Below, in pieces: positions 12,154-24,100 of a stretch of DNA of 64,000 bases (position 1 is its first letter; every line of letters begins with the position of its first letter). The notes under the pieces are model-generated. The model was not told the DNA's origin. It saw only the letters and a list, made by a program, of their open reading frames with translations, and did no database searches. The stretch lies in NCBI GenBank assembly GCA_964016885.1, contig OZ024743.1, positions 63,922,001 to 63,986,000 of the forward strand, given 5' to 3'. A program made the translations under genes and the position numbers. The DNA comes from Eledone cirrhosa. Its lineage: Eukaryota.

Positions 12154-14900
12154 TACAAATAAAATACAGAGTTACAAACTCATATTGATACCCTGCAATT
12201 AACAAGCTCAAAGTATAAATACTGAGCATTATATATTAAAATATGTAGAAATAAACACAGTAAATCCCGTGTCTAAAATTACGAGAGTAGAGAATGCCAC
12301 AAATGTTTTATATATTTAACCTGAAACATACAGTAAGATATAATTCTATACAGACCGTATCAATAACCATTTCATCTCTCGGACAGATTAGAGATTTAAT
12401 CTGTTTCGCCCTGAAAATTGTGTTTGTAACAGATAATCCGTAGGCTTTCCTCAGCGACAGATTAGATCAAATGAAACAAAACACATATAACAGCAACTCA
12501 AGGAGTAATTAATACACCTCGTGAGTTGCACGCTATACGTGGTATGAGTGGTTATGTTAGAAATAATAGCCTTATTACACTCAACTTATAAGCTCACCTA
12601 GTTAGGGAGCCGAAATACAAATAAAATACAGAGTTACTAACTCATATTTATACCCTGCAATTAACAAGCTCAAAGTATAAATACTGAGCATTATATTAAT
12701 ATATGTATAAAGGCGAAACAGATTAAATCTCTAATCTGTCCGAGAGATGAAATGCTTATTGATACGGTCTGTATAGAATTATATTCTACTGTATATTTCA
12801 GGTTTAATATAAGTTGGCGATACGTCAACAACCCCTCTATTCGGCTTATTAACCCTACGAAGCCCGATTTAGGTAGACTTAGTAAAAGGATTTTAGATAG
12901 AATTATACCTGAAATTAGAAGCTTGGCCCCTCTTGCACTGTGGAACAATTCTTTCGCGGTGATTGATTGGTTCAATGGCATATACAACAAGGAACATTGC
13001 CGTTTTATCCAATTCGACATCAATAACTACTACACCTCCATCACTTTACCACTTCTTCTTAGAGCTATTACTTTCGCTAAAACGCTCACGGTGGTTAAGG
13101 ATTTCGAATTTGATGTCATCCTCAATGCCCGTAAGTCGGTGATTAATTTCGTCGACTCTATTTGAATTAAAAAATCTAATAGTGCCCCATTCGACATGAG
13201 TATGGGCGTCAGTGATTCGGCGGAGGTTAATAATCTTATCGGTCTTTTCCTTCTTTTCTCTATCAAGGAAGAATTCCTCAATGTGGGCGGTGGTTTGTAT
13301 CGTGATGACGGTCTTTTGACCATGACAAAGTGCGGTCTACGCGCTTGCGACAGGTTCAGAAAAGAACTCCCAGCCTTCTTTAAAGGCTTCAACCTCTCCA
13401 TACAGGTTGAGGCCAACCTCTCTGTCGTTAATTACCTAGACGTTACCCTCAATTTGTCGAATGGCTTGCACTGCCCGTATAGAAAGCCGAATGATATGCT
13501 TAATTACATAAGTAAGCATTCTAACCATCCTGCCAGCATAACCATGAACTTGGTAAGAAACGTTTTTTTAGGCTTTCCCGTCTATCTACAAACGAGCATA
13601 TTTTCACCGACCATTCCACATATTAGAATGAAGCTCTTGCTCGGAGTAGATTTATCGATAAGGTAGCATATACTAAGTATGAGCATAGACCAAAGAAAAA
13701 TAGATCCTGACGCATTATATGGTATAACCCACCATATAATATGGAGGTGGCCACACTATTAGCTAAGATCTTTCTCTCCCTTATTAAGAAGCATTTCCCT
13801 TCAGCACATAAATATAATAACATTTTTAATAGAAATACCATAAAAATATCTCACTCTACAACTCCTAACCTTGCTCATATCATCACTGCTTCAAATTTAG
13901 CTAATTACCTAGCCGTAGGAACACGTGCAACCCTGTAGCTAGTACTAACTGTAATTGTAGGAATCGGGTTGACTGCCCTCTATCCGAGAAATGTCTCTCC
14001 AGTAACATAGTCTACAAATGTAAGGTCGAAACACCCACATCCCGTAGGGCCTACATAGGGTTAACCGCCAATAGATTCAAGCAGCGTCTTTACATGCATT
14101 CCCATTCTTTTCTTAACCCTTTAAGAAGGAATATGACGTCACTTTCAGCTTATATCTGGAGTCTAAAAGACAACCACACCCAATATAGGTTACACTGGGA
14201 GATCCTAGCTGAGGCTAGATCGTATAACGGAAATAAAAGACCATGCGATCTTTGCGCCGCTGAAGCCCTGGAAATACTCTACGCCAATGACCACATCTTA
14301 AACAAAAAATCTGAGGCAATTTCGGATTGTAAACATAAATTGCATACAACTTTCCTGTATTACAGCCCCACATTATACCCTAACGGATAGTACGAACAAT
14401 ACGCGGATAATTTACGTCTTGATGTGGTAGCTAAGTATATTTTATATTTATACCATTTCTTATTTGTATAGGTAAGTATACCTTACCCGTATGTTTTTTG
14501 AAGGTACGTATACTTTCTCGTACGTATATTTGCTTGTATTTGTTATACGTGTATATATTATATTATATATACTGGTACATGTGCATATGGTTATGTGTAT
14601 ATGTGTATTTTGTGTTTGTGTGTGTATGCGTGTTTGTACGTATGTAAGGTGGGTATATGTGTACTTTGTGTTTTGGTTGACGTACGTTTAGTGAACATAT
14701 ATGTATTTACCTGTAGGTATGTGTGTGTGTGTGTGTGTGTGTGCGTTATTTACGTATTTATATGTGTATATTTATATACATTTATATAATTATATGTATA
14801 CACACATGCGTGGATGCTTGTATGTATATATTTAATTATTGTTGAGTTCAATAACCTCTGTCATTTTCGTTCTACTAATTTATTTACATTATTCTTAACT
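12154..14900 (+). mobile_element. Penelope-like element (Naiad-like), 5'-truncated, preceded by pLTR-like direct and inverted repeats
   Basis: Disrupted ORF ~12815-14390 (QFDINNYY, FDMSMGVSDSAEV, GLYRDDGL, CNC..CPL, YIG, CDLC, CKH). Upstream repeats at 12154-12810. The 3' boundary is approximate. Confidence 0.82.
12374..12462 (-). ncRNA. Type-I hammerhead ribozyme motif
   Basis: Minus strand: atctgtcg-CTGAGGA-aagcc...ggc-GAA-ACAGATTA-aatctc-TAATCTGT-C^cgagagat; GUC cleavage triplet. Confidence 0.78.
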
Positions 14901-14905
14901 TTGAA

Positions 14906-15098
14906 GGGCAGTGGATTGGCAGTATCGGTAGAGGGTCGGACGCCATGCTTTGACGCATAGAGTTATATCCCTTGCCATTCTGAGTTCAAATCCTGCCGAG
15001 GTTAACTTTGCCTTTCATCCTCACGGGGTCGATGAAATAAAGTACCAGTAATGCACTGGGTAATTGCTGGCCTTGTACCTAAAGTAGAAACAATTATT
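14906..15098 (+). mobile_element. tRNA-derived SINE (Meta-domain-like body)
   Basis: A-box-like TGGCAGTATCGG, B-box GAGTTCAAATCC, body gcctttcatcc..ggggtcgat. Five copies in the window. Confidence 0.8.
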
Positions 15099-15111
15099 AC
15101 TATATATATAT

Positions 15112-15300
15112 GGCGGTGGATTGGCAGTATCGGTAGAGGGTCGGACGCCATGCTTTCCAGCATAGTTACGTCCCTTTACGATCTGAGTTCAAATCCCGCC
15201 GAGGTTGACTTTGCCTTTCATCCTTACAGGGTCGATAAAATAAAGTACCAGAAATGCACTGGGTAATTACTGGCCTTGTGCCTAAAGTAGAAACAATTAT

Positions 15301-15302
<2 letters not shown>
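15112..15302 (+). mobile_element. tRNA-derived SINE, same family, in tandem with the previous copy
   Basis: Highly similar to 53973-54162; aattattactatata occurs on both flanks. Confidence 0.8.
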
Positions 15303-15358
<56 letters not shown>

Positions 15359-15392
15359 CCGGAATTTTATTATAATAATAAACATTTTTATT

Positions 15393-15465
15393 ATTTTATT
15401 ATACGTATTTCGAAGACATATTGCTTTTGTATAACATCTGCCAACGTGTTCTCTTCAGATAAAAT
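15393..15465 (-). ncRNA. Hammerhead ribozyme motif
   Basis: Minus strand: attttat-CTGAAGA-g...c-GAAATACGTATA^ataaaat; 7-bp stem I; palindromic stem III. Confidence 0.62.
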
Positions 15466-16149
15466 CCACAGGAGACGTAAATATTCGTTGATATGCAGTC
15501 AGTCATACAAGTTATTCACTTCAGCGAGTGGTCAGCCTATGGCTGGAAAGACTTCACGCAAATATATCTTACAGTTGGTGTTGCTGTTTTTGGTTTGGCT
15601 AGGGTATCGGGCTACCGGATTGGTCAATTAGTTCAAAGGGAAGCATATATGGACTGTTACTCTTTTACTCTTTTACCTGTTCCAGCCATCTGTCTGAGGC
15701 CATGCTGGGGCACCGCCCTTAGTTAGTCTATTTTTTTCCTTTTATGCTAGATTCAATTCACTTAAATACTATTTCAAATTTTAGGTATTTATCTATAGAT
15801 GCTGAAGTTATAATGTAACTAAATATAAAAGAATTTTGAATTACTTATTTCCTAGTTTATTTAACTTAATTTACGTTTTATCTAAATACCCTATGAAAAG
15901 TCTTGCTGACTTTGTGCACACACGAACTAAAAATTTCCGAGCATTTATTTATAATTTTATGACTATTGTTTATGATGTGGAGAATCTCAGTGGTACAGAG
16001 GTCACACCCTTTAGATATAAAAGGATTTGTGTATAGAAAAGAGTGTGAGACCTTTTGCCAAGAAAGGGAATATTCAACATTAATATTTTTAAGCGACCAA
16101 ATCAGTTCTGATAGGACCGTACTACATCTTTTATCTTCTCTTTTAAATT

Positions 16150-16720
16150 AATGGCGATGGTTGTACCACCTTTCCTTAAATCTAGTGGCACTAATATAAG
16201 ACTTACTACTAGTTTTAACTTTGCATTCATAAACTGTATTATTATCTAGACAGTTATTATTCAATGGGCAAATATTACGATTTCATACAAATGGATATAA
16301 CTAGCTACTACTCATTTATTTCATCAACACTACTCAATAGGCATCTAATATACGCAATGATATATATGGATTTTACGAGTGCAGAAGTTAATATTATTCT
16401 TATGGCCAGGTAAACGATGATAGATTTTAACGGAGAATTATGGACCAGAGCTGACAGACCTTAAAACTTCGACATCATCATGGGATCTACAGACTCAGCT
16501 AAGGAGGTTTGTACCGTGATGACGCCCTTTTCACGTTAATTAACCATAACAGTAGTGACCTAAATAGGAAAAAAAAATAATAATCGATTTTTTAAAACAA
16601 TTACAGTCTCAAGCTAGAAATAGAAAATAATAATAGAATAACTAACTTCCTACACATAACGTTAAACCTCAATTCAGGGCTATACTATACTTCAGGGCTA
16701 TATACTATAAATAAACGGTC
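16150..16720 (+). pseudogene. Highly decayed Penelope-like RT fragment
   Basis: Manual translation gives FDIIMGSTDSA (~16468) and GGLYRDDA (~16503). Confidence 0.6.
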
Positions 16721-17299
16721 GGAAATTGTTAGTTCTTGTCTGCACATATATATATAGAGAGAGAAGGGGAATTCAGATCGATATGATGCTTGAGGCACAA
16801 AACCCAAAACAATTTTTCAATCTCGCTTTCTATAGAACTGCTCATTAATAGCGATACCACGAGAGTGGAGATTTCGTTTTGGAGTACATCTCTACTGATT
16901 CCTTCATAGGAAAGCAGTACCCATATAGAACAAACAGGCTGAGAACAATGAAAGAAATTTAAGAATTCCAACAGTTTAACTAAGAAAGAGTTGAGATATT
17001 TACACTTCCATCACCTGGACCAAATTTGGTTTCAATCCACCAAAATATTTGCCATCTACAAGTATTGGAAAATGATTATTGGTAAATTAGGACATGGAGG
17101 CATTTATTAACAGCCAATAATTCTCATGTTATACAGAGGCGAAGCTGTGTATCTGCGTTCAACAGTTATCTGACAAGAAATGGGCTAACGGGGTGATTGG
17201 CAGGAAGATGCTAAAATAGTAGCACCAGTCAAAAGCAACTTAACCGGTGGAGTTATGGTGCTGGGAGGCTCTCTTGAACACTACATTTGATTCCTTTTA

Positions 17300-17830
17300 T
17301 AGCCAGGTACTCTCTCAGTCCATCCATGCTCTGCCATTCTCTCACATTAACACTGAACATCCATTAAAGCATGCTTGCCTCATTTCTCTCCAGCATGTGC
17401 ATATCCTCTGCAGTCGCTGCCAGTGTATCACTACCATGCAGCCTTGCACTTCCCATATGGGCACTATAAGGCTGCCCTTTCGTGTGTAGGGAGAAACCTT
17501 TTGTCGTCAACAGAGTGAGTAGCTCTCTAAACTTTTTCATCCTATTCTTATTCTAGCTATGTTCTTGGAGCACACTCTTCCACAGATAATTAGATCCCCT
17601 AGGTAGCAGAAGCTATCAACTACTTCTATGGATCTTTTTTGTGATTGGAAAATGTTTATATCACTGACCCTGTTTCCATTGATTACCCCAGTGCATCTAT
17701 TCATATGAAGTCTTCCTTTCCTGTTAGTCTGCCTGTTATCCCACTTGTGTACCCAATATTTGCATTGTGGATATCGTATAGAGATTTTCTGCCTGTTTTC
17801 TTTCCTGCTTACTAGCACTTTAGTTTTATT
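17300..17830 (-). mobile_element. Decayed RTE-clade fragment
   Basis: IEVVDSFCYLGD motif; similar to 7290-7400. Confidence 0.6.
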
Positions 17831-17884
17831 TTAAGTTTACTCTCAGCCCTTTTGATTATAAATTCTGTTTTCACAGCTAAAACT

Positions 17885-18147
17885 TTGTGTTGTTATGGAC
17901 ATGTGTTGCACATAGATGATGATTGCTGGGTGAAGAAGTGCCAGGAAATCCCAGTGGGAGGAAGCCACAGTAAAGGTAGATCAAGAAAGACATGGGTAGA
18001 GGTGGTGAAAGCTGATCTCAATTTGTTGAAACTCACAGAGGAGATGACGAAGGAATGTGACAAGTAGAGAGATGCTGTGCTGAAAAGGACCTTTCCAACC
18101 CATGCAAGCGTGGAAAAGCAGACATAAAAACGATGATGATGATGATG
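17885..18147 (+). mobile_element. RTE-clade 3' fragment with (GAT)n tail
   Basis: YGHVLHIDDDCWVKKC..GRSRKTW; tail at 18132-18147. Confidence 0.7.
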
Positions 18148-18989
18148 TGTATGTGTGTACGCAGCTGTGTGTGAGTGGTGTGGGTACGTCTTTGTTTATG
18201 TTTGTGTCTATGTCTATATTTTAGTCAAATAACCTAGCAAAAAGAGATCGAGAAAATATGTACCAAATATGAAAACATAAGTCCTGGGATTGATATGATT
18301 AAATAAACCCTTTCAAGGTGGTGCCGCAGTCTAATGAGTGTAACCAACCTAGGTACAGAGTCTTTCACCCTCTCCCCTTCCCCCTCTTTCTCCCACTGCC
18401 TTTGTTCTTTTCCTCCTTTTCTTCACATTTATGGCATTTATAGTCCTTTCCTTTACTTTCATATACAGCCAGATCTGCCCTTCTTTACCCCCCCCCCCTG
18501 TTTTTTCATTACTTAATTTTGTTTTTATCTTTTTTTTTTATACTTTCATCATTGTATAACTTGTGTTTGTAAAATATATTTGACATAATAAAACCATAGC
18601 TAAACAAAAGAAAAAAAATGATTATTTATATAAAAAAAGGGACTCGATAGAATTAATTGGGGTGGAATATGTTTTGGATTATTTAATTGAATAAACAGTG
18701 AATGGGAGAGGAGTGGGGTGTGTATTTAATTGAGGTCACATGGTGATGAAACAAGCAAATATATCAAACAGAAAGTTATTTGTCATTAACCTTCAGTGCG
18801 CTCTAGGCACCTTATGTTGCCAATAGAGTAATCTCCCCTTAATACATAAGGCAGTGTCAAGGGAAACAATTCATAAAAATGTTCAGCATACTAAAGGCTA
18901 ATATACTTGGATAACTCAATGAAAAGATAATCATCAAATCAGAGAAGCATTTAAACATAAAAACAAAATTAGAATTTGGTTTTTCATTC

Positions 18990-20255
18990 TAACATCATCC
19001 GGCAGCCTCAGCCGAAATGGACTCAACAATTGGTTGATCCCTACGAGGGTCTATCATTCATTGCCGTTGCCAAGTCCTGTATTTCAACCAGAATCTCTGG
19101 AGATGACATCAAGATAGGAGAGCTTGTGGCCCCTGTTATTAGTGACTGCTGGTGGTTTCCAAAGCAATAATGGGGACACAGCCTCATAGGTGGCATGATG
19201 ACAGTGGCCAGCAAATCTTACTCTGCTTTTACGTACAACGATAGATATGCGTGGGAGGCTGGCATATATCTCTCTCACAGTCAGATGTCGCCAGCTTATG
19301 TTCTGAATGCGGTGAAGCAGGCAAGTGTAAGTGCCAACAAGGTGCTTTTGTTGTTTGGATGAGAGCGTCCATGTTTCACTTCCATATAGCAAGATTGGTT
19401 GAATTGTTACTTGGAAGAGTCTGATCTTGGTGTGGCTGGAAAGATTTGAGCGCCAAACTCGATCCATCTTGTTGCAAGCTGACCATGCTTGGGCTTTTCT
19501 GGTGGCGAAATCCTTCCCAATGTTCATGATCCAGGACCCAAAATACTTGAACTCTTGACTTGCTTGATATCACTGCCATTGATTGCTTTGATGCTGTTTC
19601 CTGTACAGTTTGATATGTACTCCATTTTACCCCCATCGAGATGAAGGCCAACGAGGCGGTTGCTTCCTGGAGAGATGTCAAAAGTTGTTGCGCATTTTCT
19701 AGGCAATCTGCAAAAAGTGCAATGTCATCCGCAAAGTCAAGGTCAGTGAGATATTTAGAGGGGTGCCTAGAGCTCAGGCGGGTTTGATGGTTATACCTTT
19801 GTTATTGATTTTGTCAATTGAGAGTCTCAGGGTGTAGTCTAGTGCAATGATAAAGAGGAATGGGGCAAGAGTGTTACCCTGAAGCACTCCTGCTGAAATG
19901 TCAAAGAACTCTGTTGGACCACCAGGGGTGATGATAGTGGCACTTGTGTTGATACACAGCCTTAATTGCTTCCACAAGGTAGAATTTCAAACAGAATGTC
20001 TCTGTTTATGCTGTCAAATACTTTTCTAAAGTCATCAAAAACTAGAGCCATTTGTCTGTTGAAGTTTCTCATCTCCTCCACTACTCTTCTCAAGGCCAAA
20101 ATCTGTGCAAGTGTAGATCTACCACGCCTAAAACCGTTTTGATTGATGCGAAGGATTGGATTAACATACGGAACTATACGGTTTAGGATTAGTTTGTTGT
20201 AGATCTTGGTAACAATAGGCATAAGTGGTATTCCCTGGTAGTTTTTGGAGGGGAT
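18990..20255 (-). mobile_element. Decayed RTE-clade LINE (RT domain)
   Basis: NQNGFRRGRST, GVLQGNTLAPFLF, DLDFADD (~19725-19745) and ILLYGSETWTL across frameshifted ORFs. Confidence 0.8.
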
Positions 20256-20339
20256 AAGAGGTTGCCTTTTTTGGGGACAGGAACTACCCCACCCTCCCTC
20301 TCCCGTTCCGTCCACTGTGTCGATGACACAACAGTCCAC

Positions 20340-20572
20340 ACTGTAAGGTAGCCGTGTAGGAGACATGGTGAAAAGGCTCCCAGTCCACACTGTAAATGTG
20401 GTTGGTGTTAGAAAGGGCATCCAGCTATATAAAAAAAACCTGTCAGAGGCGCTTCCGTGTGAGCGAGACATGGTCTCCCGACCATTCCCGCATCAAATGG
20501 AACAAAACCGTCTAACCCATGTTAGCGTGGAAGATGGACGTTAAATGATGATGATGATGATGATGATGATGA
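20340..20572 (+). mobile_element. SINE-like repeat with RTE-type (GAT)n tail
   Basis: gttggtgttagaaagggcatccagct body; 3' end catgttagcgtggaagatggacgttaaa(tga)n; related reverse copy near 43700-43900. Confidence 0.5.
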
Positions 20573-20585
20573 TATATAGATATAT

Positions 20586-20759
20586 CAGTTGGAGATGGTT
20601 GCTTCTGACAGGACCTGCTGGAGGGAGTGTTTGGGGACTCTGCCCCCACAGCCCTCTCAAGAGTAACTGGGTGAAGAAGAAGAAGAAGAAGAAGAAGAAG
20701 AAGAAGAAGAAGAAGAAGAAGAAGAAGAAGAAGAAGAAGAAGAAGAAGAAGAAGAAGAA
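20586..20759 (+). repeat. Long (GAA)n tract, probably the tail of a short LINE 3' end
   Basis: Pure (GAA)n at 20673-20759, preceded by ~85 bp of unique sequence. Confidence 0.6.
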
Positions 20760-21109
20760 TATATATATGTGTGTGTGTGTGTCAACAGAAATAACAAAGC
20801 AATAACACAGTAATAGGAAATAATAGGAAAGCAATTAAGTCAATGATCAAATGTGATTTAATCGTCCACAGCAAAGTAAATGAAATCAATAGAGTAGAAA
20901 TGTATTTCTCTGTTGTATTGATTGAAACATTCGTAAGTCAATTAAATAATTTTATGTAATTAATCCTGGTTATTTTTATTAATTAAATTAGATGTTGAAA
21001 CGACAATAATGATGATAATGCTGATACATATATAGATATATAGATATTTATTAAAATATTTGATATATATTTATCCTTATCGAGACCTGTTTGGATTTTA
21101 GTCTGCACA

Positions 21110-24100
21110 TTTATTATTATTATTATTATTATTATTGTTGTTATTCCTTGAATCTCAGTCATTGATGTTGGTTAACTGGAAAGTCCGTTGGATTGAATAT
21201 CAAGCCACTACCTGCAGCCTCAGATATTCAGGACGTATCGGAGGGTTCTTGCTGTTCCAAGCAAGCATGCCTTTTGAAGCGTTCCAAAAAGCGTGAAGGG
21301 GCCGATTTTCTTTAACCATCCCTGGAAACTTTTGGAGATAGTCCCCAGTGCGCCTATGACAATCGGGATCACTTTGACTTCATGGCAGTTCCAAATCCTT
21401 TTCACCTCCCACTTTAGGTCCTGGTATCGGTTAATTTTCTCCCTCTCCTTCTCTTGCACTCTCGTGTCGAACGGGCAGGCCACATCCACAATCAGACACG
21501 ATCTTTTTTCTTTGTCCACAACCACCAGGTCAGGTCTATTGTGTTCCAGTTTTTTGTCCGTCTGTATCCTAAAATCCCACAGCACCTTCACCTGATTGTT
21601 CTCCATCACCGCCTCTGGCCTATGCTCATACCATTTCTCAGAATGTGGTAAATTGTTTACTTTGCACAGGTGCCAGTGGATCACCCTGCCCATCACATCG
21701 TGTCTCCAGCCCTTATAGTGGGTCTGGGCTAGGTGTTTACACTCGGACACAATGTGAGCCACAGTCTCCTCTCTCTCTCCACAGATCCTGCACAGTGGGC
21801 TAGCCTCCTCCTTGTAGATATGGTGCTTCAACCACTTCGTTTTGAGGGCCTGCTCCTGCGCAGCCATTAGCATTCCTTCTGTAGCCTTTTTGAGGTCTCC
21901 TCTTCTCAACCAGTTCCATGTCTGTGGATCTCTAAATTCAGTTTTCTCAAAGAAGGTACTATGAAGGGATTTTCCCTTAAGGCTGCTCTTCCTCCTTGAT
22001 GTTATTTCCTCCTTGGACATCCCCTGGCCTATTGTCCCCTCCTTCAGTACAGTTCTGAGCATTGGCTCCTTACTATAGGTCACGTATTTGTATAGGTTGT
22101 TTTTCTCCATCTGAACACAGTCCTCTATGCTGATAAGACCTCTTCCACCCTCAGATCTCCTTAGGTAGAGTCTATCGACATCACTCCTCTTGTGGAACAT
22201 GTTGTAGATAGTCAATAGCTTCCTAGTCTTCCTATCCATTTCTTTTTGTTCAGCAACATTCCATCTCAGAATTCCCGCACTGTACCTAATAATAGACACA
22301 GCTCGGGAATTTACTGCGCTTATGGCATTTCTGCTGTTCAGATGTGACTTCAATACGCTCCTTACTCTCCGAATGTATTCAGTTCTTAACAATTCCTTCA
22401 TTTTTTTGTTCTTTATGCCATCAGCCTCCAGAACGCCCAAATACTTGTATCCTTCCTCAGAGTCAATTTCCTTTATCATCTCACCTGTTGGTATCTGGAT
22501 CCCGTTACTTCTGCTCAACCTACCCCTCTTCATCACAATGACTCCACATTTACCAATACCAAACTGCATACATATATCACTGCTGAAAATACGGACAGTG
22601 TCAACAAGCACATCCAACTCCTTCTCACTTTTCCCGAAGAGCTTAAGATCGTCCATGAAGAGGAGGTGATTGATGGTAAGCTCTCCCCTTCCCAACTTGT
22701 ATCCTGCTCTCACTTTTCGCAGCATAATGGTCAAGGGCATCAGGGCAAGGACAAACAACAGAGGGGACAGGCTATCTCCCTGGAAGATACCTCTCTTGAT
22801 CTTCACGCTTCCCAAGGATACTCCAGTTGATGTCAACTCTGTCTCCCAGGACCCCATACTCCTTCCTAGCAACTGTCTGATGTTATCTGCCACCCTGAAG
22901 ATCTCCAGGCTTTTGGTGATCCAGGAATGAGGCACCATGTCAAATGCCTTTCTGTAGTCTATCCATCCCATGGCAAGATCAGTGTGTCTCCTCCTGCAAT
23001 TCCCCATTACCATCTTATCAATAAGTAACTGGTCCTTTGTACCACGTGACTTCTTTCGGCATCCTTTCTGTTCGTCCGGTAACAAGTTGTTTGTGTGGAG
23101 GTGATGGTAGATTTCCTCAGACACAATGCTCGTCAACAGTTTCCACATTACGGACAGACATGTGATAGGTCTATAGTTGGTAACATCATTACCCTTGATT
23201 CGGTCTTTCATTATCAGAACTGTGGTACCTTTTGTCAACCACTCTGGCACCTCACCCGACACCAAGCAGTCATTGAACATGGCCGTCAGCTTCGGGTGGA
23301 GGGATGTTAAATGTTTAATCCAATACCCCTGCACACCATCTGGGCCTGGTGATTTCCAGTTGGTTAGTTTTTTGGCCTGCCCCTTAAGAGTTTCAACTGT
23401 GATACTCAAATCAGTTTGTTGTTGTGCCTGCTCACCGATTTCCCTCTGTACTGTCTCAATCCACCCTGCCTGGGCATTGTGTCTAACATCCTGCTCCCAT
23501 ATTCCTCTCCAGAATGTTTTAGTTTGCTCCGCCCCAGGGATCAAGTCGTTGCCTCTTTCTTTCCCCTCAAGCTGTCCAAACAGCATCTTCTGGTTGTTGT
23601 CGAACATGCGGTTCTGTTTATACTGACTGACTCTGTTCTCGTATCGCCTGATTTTTGCACTCTTTGCTACAATGCGTTGCTTCAGTTCCTGTATGATAAT
23701 ATTTAGCTTTTTCCTCCTAGTTTTGTATTTTATTTCCAGTCTATTTTTAGTGCCTATGTTTTTTAGTGTCCCATTCAGTAGTGACTCAAGCTTTCCTATG
23801 TCATTTCTCATTTCCCCGATTTGCCCACTCAGTCGCTTCTTCCACCACGGCTCTGCTCTTTCTTGTCTGTTGTTTCCTCTCGCTTTTATACCAAGTAGTT
23901 TCCTCACCGTATTTGCTGTTGCTTTGAGGATATTGTTGCACTGGTGAAGGCTCCTCGCCTCAAGGTATGGGATGACTTTGTTTACCTTAGCTGTTGTTTC
24001 TTTTAACTTTTTCCTGTCTACAAATCTTAGGTTCATAGGTCTCCCACTATCATTGTTCAATTCATCTACCACTAAATTTAGGATGTCAACCGAATCTTGT

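Noticed and set aside
13160-13715. In-frame TGA codons as selenocysteine (some Naiad PLEs encode selenoproteins)
   Set aside because: The TGAs at 13163 and ~13708 fall at positions expected to be Trp and Arg, not conserved Cys. The zinc-finger Cys codons are normal and the copy has frameshifts.
14906-15302. tRNA genes
   Set aside because: A/B boxes are followed by a shared SINE body and tail in five copies; no complete cloverleaf.
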